NCBI GenBank assembly: GCA_977016875.1
Contig: CDRNST010000233.1
Coordinates: forward strand, 1,178,001-1,242,000
DNA from: Pavona decussata
Lineage: Eukaryota
DNA length: 64,000 nucleotides
Direction of reading: 5' to 3'
The position numbers were made by a program, and so were the translations under genes. Positions 36,041-48,300 of this stretch are shown piece by piece. Numbering within the stretch: the first letter of the stretch is position 1; every line of letters starts with the position of its first letter. The notes under the pieces were generated by a model. The model saw only the letters and a program-made list of their open reading frames with translations. It was not told where the DNA came from and searched no databases.

Positions 36041-36310
36041 AAAGCGTGCATTTTATTCACCGGAAATGGTGTCGTTTTCGGGAACAAAACAGTTCTTTTT
36101 AAGTGCTCAAAAGCACTTTAAAAAAATGCCATTTCATACACGTAAGAAAGGTTGAATATTGGCTACTCCAACGAAAGCGCGCATTTTATTCAACGAAAAA
36201 GTGTCGTTTTCGGGAACAAAACAGTTCTTTTCAAGTGCTTCAAAAAGCACTTTAAAAAAAATGCTTTTTCATACACGTAAGAAAGGTTGAATATTGGCTT
36301 CTCTTACGAA
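36041..36310 (+). repeat. Tandem duplication of ~133 bp
   Basis: AAAGCG.GCATTTTATTCA...GTGTCGTTTTCGGGAACAAAACAGTTC...CATACACGTAAGAAAGGTTGAATATTGGCT occurs twice. Confidence 0.85.
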
Positions 36311-37470
36311 AGAAATTGTCCTTTTGTGTTCGGATGTTGTCAAGAGAGTATTGGAAGGAGAATAAGTAAAATTATAATTCCCTAAGATTCAAATCACCAA
36401 AATCCTTGTTGTGTAGCTATATAGTCTAGTATGAAACAAACCGCGATCGATGTGAAGCTAAATACATCTACACTACGCCATGTAAAATTTAAACTGAAAA
36501 TGATTCCATTATTTTTTTTTTCGATTCCATATGGTCAGTAATTTTTAGGGTTAAATTCGAATGGGTTTCCTAAAATTGCAAATATTTTAACACGTACTTT
36601 TCAAAATCAGGAAAATATTGAATTTCTGTTAGTGCTCCGGCCCGATTAAGTTATCGGGACTTTAGATAGTAGGGGCCCACTCGACACATGCTGCAAAGAG
36701 ACGGCCGCCTAGCTACATTCTCACATAACGTTACCCAAACAACCTTTTACTTCCTTTTCGGTTTGCATTTCCTCAAGAGAACAGACCAAAACGAGAAAGA
36801 GTAAAAAATGACAGACTCATCGCAAGGTGACCTGAATAGTTAGGGAACAATGGTATGGGATCTGGAACCACAAGCTGAAGCCAATAATGCTATATATAAA
36901 GAGCACATAAGTAAAATGCTGGTAAACGAAAAGATGGGAAAAAATGAAATCCCTCAATTGTAAAGCAACTTACTACAAAACAGAAAAAAAAATGTAGCAA
37001 CATCTCAGAGTCCAGTATTCTGTGAGGGGCGACATTTCATGTATGCTACAGATCTGTTTCGATAAAAATGCTTACGCTTGACCAGTGAGTTGAAAACATT
37101 ATTATGTATCCTGGAATCTCGTGGGGTGGGGGTGGGGATTGAGGGTTAACGTTTAATTCCCTTACATAAGCTTGTAGTATGCGCGATGTATCCTACAGGG
37201 CTTGGGTTTGGATCCGATTTGGTCTCAAATTGGTCAGGATATGTTTGGCTTTTTTTAGTGAGAGAAAGGTTTTAGATTTATTTTCATCTATTCATTTGGG
37301 CTTGATTTTAAGGTTTGGTCTGAAATAAGGAGTTAGGAAAAAATCACGTTTCGGACATTTACGGACAAAGGTTCATCTTTTATAATTTTCAGTAAAAAAC
37401 ACTGGCTTACTAACAAACTACCAACTAACTACATGATGCAATCACGCCTAAATTTAAACTGTGTTGTAAA

Positions 37471-37945
37471 CCCGGGGGGGGGGGGTACTCCCCTATATAA
37501 GGTATATAGGTATGTGCCGCCCCAAAGGGTATGGTTTTTGAGCCTTTTTGGTCTGAAAACGGGTGTAGATTTTGACAATTACGGTCTGAAATCGGGTCGG
37601 GTTTTTGGGGCCGGGAACATTTACGAAGCTTACAAACATATTTTTCTTCTCAGTACGTAACTGGATCGACTAACTGATAGCGAGAAAAAGAAATAGATAA
37701 ACTTTGTCATTCCAGCTTACTTTTACTCCTTGCATCAACTTCCGTTCGGCACTGATGCATAATTATGTCTGAAAACGGGTGTATATTTGCAAGTTCAGGT
37801 CTGAAAACGGGTATGAATTTTAGAGGTCAGGTCTGAAAACGGGTGTGGAAAATGGCATGTTTAGATCTGAAATAGGGTCGGGATTTGAAGACCCGGGCGG
37901 CACACCCCCACCAAGAATTCCGAGGAGTACCCCCCCCCCCCCGGG
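37471..37945. mobile_element. MITE (475 bp) with CCCGGG-polyG-TACTCC TIRs and 8-bp TSD GTTGTAAA
   Basis: GTTGTAAA at 37463-37470 and 37946-37953; inverted termini; several internal GGTCTGAAA sub-repeats. Confidence 0.82.
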
Positions 37946-38029
37946 GTTGTAAACATCTCAAATGAACTCGCCTTGACTCTGCACATCGCGTGTGTCAAGA
38001 TCATGTCTGAGTAGTAGGTAAGTAAGTAA

Positions 38030-38162
38030 CTAACTGACTGACCGACTGAATGACTGACTGACTGACTGACTGATTGACTGACTGACTGACTGACTGACGG
38101 ACGGACGGACGGACGGACGGACGGACTGACTGTCTGACTGACCGACTGAAACTAACTAACTA
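38030..38162. repeat. (GACT)n(GACG)n compound microsatellite
   Basis: Direct reading. Confidence 0.9.
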
Positions 38163-38551
38163 CTTGACAAGATCACGCCTAATTTTATGTTAAAACTAAC
38201 CTAACAGGCCAACTGGTCACAAGAAACAGATAACAAACAACCAAACAGGTTAAAGAAGGGTTACGTGTTTCTCCCAATTCAAGTGTTTGAGGAGGCCTTA
38301 GCTCCGGGGCATTGACAAACCTGTTTACAAGCACAGCTTACTTTTATTTCTAGGAGAAACAGGACAACGCCACAACCGGTACCGACGCCCTGTTTTTACA
38401 GGTCCGTACATGAACCTCGTTCACAGGGATTGGGTCCTTTCCCCAGGGAGGAACAGAGAGAGAACGAAAGACTCGATATCTACACTGTTTTTGGTTTATC
38501 GTAAAAGTTTACAAGTGGTTTGTTTGTTTGCTTTTTCTCAGTTCGTTCAAC

Positions 38552-38790
38552 AACTCATTAATAATTCATAAGCCCATTGACCTATCAAATGGTTAATAAA
38601 ACATCACGTGCAGTGCTTTTAAAACCCGATAAAACCTCCTCCTTATGAACTCTCTTGACACACACTTTTCCAGGAATGTTTTTGAAACCGTTCAAAAAAC
38701 TCGCAGCATGTGTTTTATCGGGACCACTCGGATGCGCTTCGTGGTTTTAAATCCCGTTAAAACACTGCTGCTCGTGTTTTAAACATTACG
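38552..38790 (+). repeat. Interspersed repeat, same family as 1790-1960
   Basis: Direct sequence similarity within the window. Confidence 0.75.
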
Positions 38791-41769
38791 GAAATAATTG
38801 CCAAGGTTTATATCATAGATTGTGATAAACCAAACCCAAAACAAACGCGATCATGTATTTTTTTTTAACAACACTTTACAAAAACAACGCTCTAAAAGTG
38901 GGACGCTAACAATTACTAACCTTGATCGACAACTAGTTCAGTAAATATTGAAGTTTCATCCTCAACAATGTGAATTTCATTCATTAGCAAGCATCTTAGA
39001 GATATTGGTTGAGGTAACACATTGCAAATTTTGATCTGACTTTAAACTGAAATTTGTAACAAAACCTCAATTGAAAGCTCTTAATTGCATTGCTTAAAGA
39101 AATGAAAACAAAAACGCCAAAACTAACATTCCACATATTCAGGGAGATGTACACGTATTTTGTTTCACTGGGGATGTGGCATCCAAGCAGGCTTATCGTG
39201 TCTGACAGTTTTTGCTACCCGGGTGTGCTCTAAGCAATTATTTTGTGTGTTTCAGTTATTTGTAGAGGGCAGAAAATTAAAATAGGGGGTTTCACTTGTC
39301 CAAAAGCTGACAATTTCGCATATAATTTTCGTCGGTTCCTCCGACGCATTGTCAAAACTCCACATTTTACTGTTTGATAAGGGGGTTAGTATCTTATGGA
39401 CAGTGTAGGTGCTGCTTCGGTGAGGGAGTGCAGTGGAAACGAATGTTTGATTTTATCAGCAGATGATAAAACAAAAGATTCATTTTACTGTTCGGTTTAT
39501 AATCTGGGGAAATTGATCAACTCGACTATCCATCTAAGGTTCTGTCGAGGGAAAATTTATATTTTTCTTCTCAGTTATGGAAATTCGGTAAAATCGGTTC
39601 ACAAGCCGTGAAACTTATGGATGATGATGATCATGATGATGATCCGCATGATGACGATGACGGTGACAAAAATCGGTCACACGTGCAAACCCACTTGTTT
39701 CTCTACAAGTAAATCTGCTATTTCCTTGTGTAAAATTGACCAGTGTAATCAAAGTTCATGGTATCGACACTATCACTGTTTCAACGTCAATTTATATGCT
39801 GGTGTAACATTCACGAGGGGGTAGGCGAGTATTCCTCGATTTTTTTTTATGGAGTCACGGTTAGGGCTCTCTTATTCTTCAAACCCTGTTGGCTGTAACG
39901 AGCACGCGTTTTCAAAGCAACATCCGGGACCCTGCCAACACATGATCCTTAACCTTATCTACCTTTAGACCTGGTGCGCATGCTCGCTTCCCAAATAACC
40001 GATAACAGTTACGGGGTCCAATACATATAGATTTAAAAAGAAAATTCTGTTTTCTACTGAATCGATTGTTTTTTAATTTTTAGTGTGGAATTTCTTTATG
40101 GGTCTCATCAAGCCCCCCCCCCCCCCCCCCCTCCCCCATAAAGTTACTGTTTTTTTTTTCTATTTTAAAATGAAGCTTTCGAAATAAATAAATATAGAAT
40201 TTCTGTTCAGGAGCATTGTATCGAGGACCGGTAAGTAATTAGGACTTCCAAGAAACGGGCTCCGGATCCTAACTTGAAGTTGTCTTCTTTTCAATCAAAA
40301 TGACACAAACGTAAGCCCAATTTCAGACTAAAGAGCCGACCAAAACTGATGCCCGCTTTCAGAACAGCTTGGCAACAGAATGACTCTAAAGCCATACCCG
40401 TTTGGGGCGGGGCACATTCGTAGGAGCTCGTGAAAATTATTTTGAAAGTGAAGACGATCCCGTGATGGCTTGGTTCTGATTGACAGCATTGGTCAGCATT
40501 TATCGTTGTAATCAACCCACGAAAATTAATCTCTGAGAAGAAATGAAGAAAAAGTGAAAGAGAAAGAGAATATTATTAAAGAGAAATGCCTGAGAAAAGT
40601 GACATGCCCTCATTTCTTTCCGTCGTGGCAGTGCTTTAAATTGAAATAGTTTTTCTTTATTTAAACTTGTTCTTCTGTAGTGGAATTCCTTTTAGTGGAC
40701 CGGAAGCGTCATTTTACACGATCAGTTTTCAGTCGCTATTGGGCGATTTTCACGATGTCGTTATTTTATTACATTTACCACTTTCCTCTTCGTTTTCCTT
40801 TCTTATTTAAATTTTGTAATCCCAGTGAAGTTTAGATAACCGTATCCCTAATGTAATTTGCAAGCGAAAACAACAAACTGAAGTATTCTGGAGTTGTACT
40901 GAATAAGTAAACATGGCCTCAGTATTCTGTGCACATTAAGTGTTTTGTTTATAGTAAAACATCTGGAAACGTGAGATAAAAAAAAAAAGAAAGAAAGAAA
41001 GACAGAAAGAAAAAAGAAGAAGCTTCTTTTAACTTCCAGAGGATACAGGTGCCAGTTGTATATATCAACACATCAGCTATGTTGCCCCGGTTACAAATTC
41101 TGTTGCAAATCGTGTGAAATTTATTATGACTTTGATAGAATACATAAAATTCCGGGTAATTGTTTTGAGCTTTGACGCATCAAATTTGGTCGTCCAGCCG
41201 CCGGGAAGAGTTTGAAAATAACAGGGGAAAATAAGAATACATGACGTCTTCCTTTCGAGTTTTTCATCGATTTCTTGAAGCATTCAAGCTATGTGCTTCA
41301 TGGGGGGACAAGTCAGAAGCAGAAGAAATAATGTATTTTTTGTGGCCGATAGTTAATTTTTTCTTGAATTATTTATTGGCCACAGCTCTATATTGTGTTG
41401 GTAACTACACTCAATTTTGAATAATTTATACTGAAAGCTTTATTCATTTTAGGCTTGGGTCTCAAAAACTTCCCCTGGTCTAAAAACGAAATAAAGCTAC
41501 GATGAAGAAATACATTTGATATATCGGTAAAAACTTTGGTTTCAATTTGTTTTTGTTACCTGACAGAAACGGCGCCACTCTCGTGCGATTCTACCGAAGG
41601 AGAATACCGTACCTTGGCTCGGCTGTCTCGCGATATTTTTTACGTGCTGCTTTCGTGAAATGGAGATATCGACGTGACTTGTTGCAGATTATTTCCTGTT
41701 TAATGAACAGATAAAAGCTACACAAATACAAAAATGTAATCCCTGTTTTGTTTTGATTATTGAGTGAAG

Positions 41770-41950
41770 AAGTTTCCGGTCATTTCCAGACGATTTGACG
41801 TCATCATGACATTACCCGCCAAATGTGCGCCAATTTAATTCAAGGAATTTCATTGGTCAAGTCTTCCCACGCAATCCCACAATGCCTCATTCTTAACGAC
41901 AAAGCACTTGGCGGCCATTTTGGATTGGAAAGGCGAATGTATGCAAATCT
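41770..41950 (+). promoter_or_regulatory. Putative KIF21 proximal promoter
   Basis: Within ~180 bp: ETS-like TTTCCGG, perfect CRE TGACGTCA (41796-41803), E2F-like CCCGCCAAA, CCAAT/ATTGG boxes, YY1-type GCGGCCATTTTG (41911-41922), octamer ATGCAAAT (41941-41948). Lies 360-540 bp upstream of the ATG. Confidence 0.5.
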
Positions 41951-42311
41951 AATGAGATTCATATTCGTGTGAAATCGTTCAAGCAGCGAAGCGCATTTAC
42001 CTGTCCTGTCCATTTCGCTGGTATTGAAAGCCTTTGACAATGACTTCGACGCAGTGAACCTGTACATCGATCGGCAGCGATATTGACGATTTATGGCTTG
42101 AAAGGAGAACAACGTTTATTCGCAAGTGACAGTCCATCCGCGCGATTTTTCGGACGAACTTCGAGCACAATTTTTGTCCATTCGTGTTTTCGCCGGCGAG
42201 GAATTGGATATGAATGAAGTAGTCTATCGCTGCGGTGCATGGCTTTGTGGAAAATCGGCCGTCGTTCCTGGTAAATTAATATTGTTTTCATAGCCAAAAA
42301 CACTTCTAATC

Positions 42312-42346
42312 ATGGACGACGAAACGTCGGTTCGCGTTGCGCTGAG
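42312..42346 (+). CDS. KIF21: KIF21 exon 1
   Basis: [11 protein letters not shown](R); GTGAGG donor. Confidence 0.88.
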
Positions 42347-45300
42347 GTGAGGTTCCTTGATACTTACGATGATAGACGAGTAGAATCTCTGGCTATCCAC
42401 CCAGAGTTTATTATTACACGATCAAGTTATGTAGACACCCTGCCAAGCGTTCAGCAGCGTGGCTTTCTATTAAATCTTGTCTTTTTGTTGCGTCCTTTTA
42501 GGATTCGTCCACAGAGCGCCGCCGAGCGAATTGACATGTGTAGAGTTTGTACTTATGTTACCCCAGGTCATCCTCAAGTCGTCCTCGGAAAAGACAAGGC
42601 ATTTACGTTCGATCATGTTTTCGATAAGGAGAGCAAACAGTTTGCAATCTATGAACAGTGTCTTAGAGGACTTGTCGAAGGGTGAGCTAATAACCAAATA
42701 TTCCTTTTACGACTTTTAAATTTTTTCATCTCTGCTGTGTTATTCTCCCACTGCGATGTTGTACTTTTCAAACGCCGACAAGTCATTTTTCAAGACGAGT
42801 GCCAAATTTTAATTTTATAAGAATATTTTGAGGTAACAAGTACTTTCTCCTTATTGCAGATGCCTAGACGGCTACAATGCGACGGTTTTGGCTTATGGAC
42901 AGGTAAAATATTACTCATTTGTTGGGCGCTTAAAGATTTTCATAGTCCGCAGTAAAATGCAGTTTGAGCTTACAAGGCTATAATCAACATGGTTTCCGGT
43001 TGTAACTTTTTAGGTTCATGGCTTTAAATAGCCGTCACTTTGTACAAAAATTTTCCACGGTTCACTTGGCGTATTTTGTGATGTTAAATCGAGATCTCGA
43101 GTGTTCTTGTTAGATATAAGCAAGTCTCAAGCACTGACAACATCCGAGACAGTATGTTCCATAAGTTAGTGTACAGGAACTTAACACGCAATCTGCCTGT
43201 ATTTATTTTTCATGATGCAAGATTATTATTGTACATTCTTGACGTCTGAGTCTTTTATCTACGACTTATCACAAAAAGGATTTTGGTTTTGTGTAATGCA
43301 GTAATCGAAGTGTAATATAGATTGTATTGTGTTCATTTTGTGCATCTATTTCTCTCTAGGACCCCAAAGAGTTTTAATATATTTTTTCTGCTCTCTGCTA
43401 TTGCCGAGAAATAAATAATTGCGGCTATGGTTATGATAATTCATCGGTGAACTGGAAATTTGTAATTACAAAAGCTAGTATATTAATGCAAACCACAAGA
43501 ATTCTGCATCAAGATAACTGATCTCAATATGTTCTAGTGTATTGTGTATTTCTGAAATCGATAATTTAAAAAAAAAAATCGTTGAATTACTTCTTCGTGA
43601 GACTTTTTTTGGCTTTGTTTTTTTTTTTTTGACAAAATGTATTTTATTGTTCTCTTTGTTATAGTTTTGGAAAGCAAATAAATTGGCTTTTTCTGACTGC
43701 CATTACCCTGAATACATTTGTAGTTGCCTTGTGGTAAGATTTCTGGCACTGCATAAGATTACAGTGTCTAGATATCTCGTTGTGTGATCAAGTGAATAAT
43801 TGGCATCAGTGAATTTAAAATTTTGCTTCAAAATAAGGAATATAGGGAAACTACTCTGCAGGAGATTATATTATTGAACACATGCATATCATTAAACTTG
43901 TGTTCAAAAACTAATCTACACTATCAATGACCAAGACAGGTCATAAACCTACACAATGGCTCATTTTAATACTTTCTACTGCCACAATTAATTGATTTTA
44001 TTATTTTTTAAAGTACTTTTTCAGCTTCAATATTACAAATTTCTTTTTTAGCTGACTACTTTACTGTGCATCAATTTTTTTGTTGATTGTTTATATAGCT
44101 ATTTTTAGTTGAAACTAGGAATAATCTACAGCATCAATATTATTTCCCTTTGAATAAATTATGCAACATTGAGCAAAAACAGAAAGAGACAGCAACTGAA
44201 AAATCTTTCAACCCAAAAATCAAGGTTGTTTTAGGATGAATATTATAACTTTAAAGCAATAACGGATAACCCTGTGTAAATAAAATGTAAATTGGCAAAA
44301 TATATTCCCAAGTTTGAAACTGAATTTCAGTGTAATTAATGGAAATTGGTTTAGGGCAGAAATGATCAAAATTAGGCTTTGCAAACAAAATAACAACATT
44401 TAAGTAGACCTGGCAAACTGCAAATAAACTAACAGTAATTGTGTTGTCCCATTCATTGATGGGGTATGACATGTTCCTTGTCACATTTGTGATGCTGTTC
44501 TTTCCCTTTGATGTGCATTTTTTGCTATAACTTTAAATGATGTTGTGCCCCAGGAAATAAAAAGCTATTGAAATTACCAATAATATATTTATTGTGAGTG
44601 CCCTATTAATGCAATTTCAAGTAACCTATGAATAAATTAGCGATGCTTTTAGGGTAATAATTTAAGGAACTTTAATATGTCTTTTCACAATCAACAGTTA
44701 TTATTATTTTTTTTGGAAGTGTTCACCCCAAAATTTTACACTTGACCATTTGTGTACAAGATACGTTTTGTTAGTTTGGCTCCATGGTACATTTGACAAT
44801 AATGTTATTTTAAATTATATGCTGTAATCAGGGTTGCCACTGTCAGGGCAAAGTCAGAGAAAACAGTTTTTTTTTCAAGCTCAGGAAAAAGAAATGGAAT
44901 TCTGTATCAAGTCCAGGAAAAACTAAATTCTGCCTCAAAGACAGTGAAGAGTCGGGGAATTTTATTTTAGGGTAGGGACTTGGTTTGGAAAGGGGTTTCC
45001 TTGTTGACAAGGTTTGGTCGTTTCAAAAGGCAGTTACATGTACAAAGAAATTGATTTCTGTGATGTCATCACTGGTTTATTGGGAAATAATTTGTTTCCT
45101 GTGGTTATCAGTCAAAACTGGTTTTTGGTCAGTGAAAGTCACTGGCAACCCTAGTATTATTTCTAACCATTTTTTTGTGTGCTGCTGAATGTTGTAAAGT
45201 AAGCATGGTCCATGTGTTTTACAACTGAATCAACAAGACCGATTTAGATGGTGTGGTTTTGTTCTATGCGACATACTGACAACAAGCCGATGAAACAAAT

Positions 45301-48300
45301 TGTTTGGTGTAAATTAAACCTATGTCATGTCGTACAGGACACATAAAGTGTTGTAGGAGTTGGAACATGTTTTAAAATGCTATCACAGTTATAGTGTAGG
45401 CAGTGTTAAATGATGAGTTGTGTGATTATGATTTTTGGATGATGTCAGCAGTGTGTGCACTACAGTCTAAGTTATAACAACATTTGTTTGCTGCTTAAAT
45501 CCTTTGTTTAAACACGAAAAGATCCAGCCATGTTGCTTGGATTGTACAAAGCTTATAATGCACACCTGCCAGCTGACATCGGGCTTAATCTAATGAACAT
45601 GCATGCATCCATTGGCCTACCGTGGGTGTAAATTTAACAACACATATTGTAACAAAGTTGCTCATGACAATAATTGTAAGCAAAAATAGATTTTTCTGAA
45701 TCAGCATTGATAATGAAGTTTTTAACTGTTTTCTTCATTTTGTAATCTTACAGACAGGGTCAGGTAAGACCTATACCATGGGGACTGGCTTTGATATTGC
45801 TACATCTCCAGAAGAAGAGGGAATTATTCCACGAGCTGTTGCACATCTATTTGAGGGAATTGACAAGAGGAAACATGAGGCCAAACAAAGAAATGAACCT
45901 TCACCTGATTTTAAAGTCACAGTGCAGTTTATGGAGGTAAGGATGATTTTCCATGGCTGTTTTTATAATTTCTGGAAAAGTTCTGGCAGGAATATTTAAG
46001 CCTTCAGTTGTTTATCCAAATTTCCTTCATTGAGACCTGGTAAGGTTGTAAATGTTGTGGTTCAAAATTTCAAACCTGTTTGATTTTTAGTTCCCTTTGT
46101 CTCAGATTATGGTAATGAATACTCTACAAGGGAAAATAAAAATTAAACTGGTTTGAAAAATTTTAAACCAAAAAAAAAAAAAATAAATGAATATTAAATA
46201 AATTAAACCACAACATAAACATGCAAGTAGCTTTAATTCTACACTTAATAGTCAATTACATTAAAAAAATATATTATATTCAACTACAAAAGGTAATTAT
46301 GAATATTTATTTCTCCATCTTTAACTATACCCCATCTCCAAGAACAAACAAACAAACAAAACAACAACTGTCAGAATTTCACTACCTTATATAATATTAA
46401 AAGCATGAATCGATTAAACCTGGCCCTACTCCAAAATTTTATAAATGTTCATCACTTTTTAACCTGAGTTACATTGTAGTCACGGCACAGCGAAGACTCA
46501 AAATCCATCCTTAGCAGCTAATAACCCCTCTTTTGTATGCATTCAGCCATCAAATTTGTTTCTATTGTTATTTTTGCAGCTCTACAATGAAGAACTAATG
46601 GATTTGTTTGATTTCGACAATAACAGGGTATGACTTGCAATTAAGTTATCAGACTGTTAAACTTATCTTGTGGCGTGGAGGTATTTAGACTAGTTGATGT
46701 GTAAATATAGAACGGACACAAAAGGCAGATTTACATGTCATGGGAAAAAATGGTGTGTTGTGAAATAAGAATGTAGGTAAAGAGAAACAGGGTAAAATTA
46801 ATGCCAGATCTTTTTTGTAACACATTTTTGCCAAGTCTTTGTCCCTGCATGAGTTTGCATTACTAAACCCAGTGATGTGTGCTTTATTGCTTGTGAACTG
46901 AATAATTGTATGTTATTGTTACAGAATAATTGAAGAGTTTTGGGCAAGAATGGCATAAATGACTTTTCGCCTTAAAATCGAAATTGCTTCGAATATGTCC
47001 TGTTTTGGTACAGACAGGTTGTCATATAAGAAACTAAGTTGTGTATTTAAGTTTTGAGTAAATGCTACATAAAAAGAAACACTGTAGCTTGTTATGTTTC
47101 TAGAAAGTGCAAGCAACCTTATACACAAAAGAGGTACTGACGCTTGACTGATTTCATTTGTATACGAGACTGAACCAAGTTGCAGCAAAGCACGTGAACA
47201 AAAGAAGGCAGTCAAATCGTCTGCATCTCTTTTGTGTGGGCCTCTTGTATTTTCTACAAATTTAAAGTAATAAGCTAATTCTTTGACTTGCTTATTTAGC
47301 ATTTAAATCAAAAATTAAATATGCAAGTAATTATTAAGTTTCTCACACAACCGGGCTCTGTGCCAAAATGGGGCTTATTTGGATCAATTTCAATTTTAAG
47401 GCAAAATACACACTTACCCAGGCTCTGTTGCCCTAAAGCCTTCTTTCAATAATTCTTTATTAGTTTTCCTGTCTTTCCCTTGATTATCTAGTCTATATTT
47501 TAATAGTCAGTGTTGGTGAGTTTAGATAGAAAAAATACTGGTATTATTTAAAATTAATAATGTTTTGTTGTTTTGTAGGGTCATAAAAGCAATGTCAAAA
47601 TTCATGAAGATGCAAATGGTAACATCTACACCATGGGTGTAACCATGAAGCCAGTGAACTCAGCGCAAGATGTAAGCATTCAGCTTTCAGAATTGTTTAG
47701 AAATCTTTTCACTGAGATCATTCATTTAAATACCCATATTTTATTATATATGAATAAATGATTGTATTTATCAGGTTAAGGTCATTTCTCGCTACTTCTG
47801 CCTTGATTAATCTCTTATTGAATAGACAGATGTTTTCTTTTTTCACAACAGTGACTAATTCTTAAATTTCCTTTGTTTTACTATTTAACTTTTAGTTAGA
47901 TGTTAGTACTGGTTTTGACAGCTATGTTTTTAAAATAAACATTTTTATCAATATGATGTCAATAATATTTATTTGTATGCTTCCCTTCGCCCAGACTTTA
48001 AATTGTTTGCAACAAGGAGCTCTATCTCGAACTACTGCCAGTACAAACATGAATGCGCAGTCATCAAGATCCCATGCTATATTTGCTATTCACGTCAAGC
48101 AGCAGAGGGTTGTGAAGGTACATTAGCTTCAGCCTATTGGTTTTTAGTCATTTCTTCCTCTAAGGAGAGTTGATAACTAAAGGTAATTTGGCCACCGTAA
48201 AGATATTCAAGTGCTGACATTCTTAGCATTAGCCCTTTGTCGAATTGCCAATTTACCTTTAGTTATTAAACCAAACATTTGTTTCTACTCTCAACCAATG

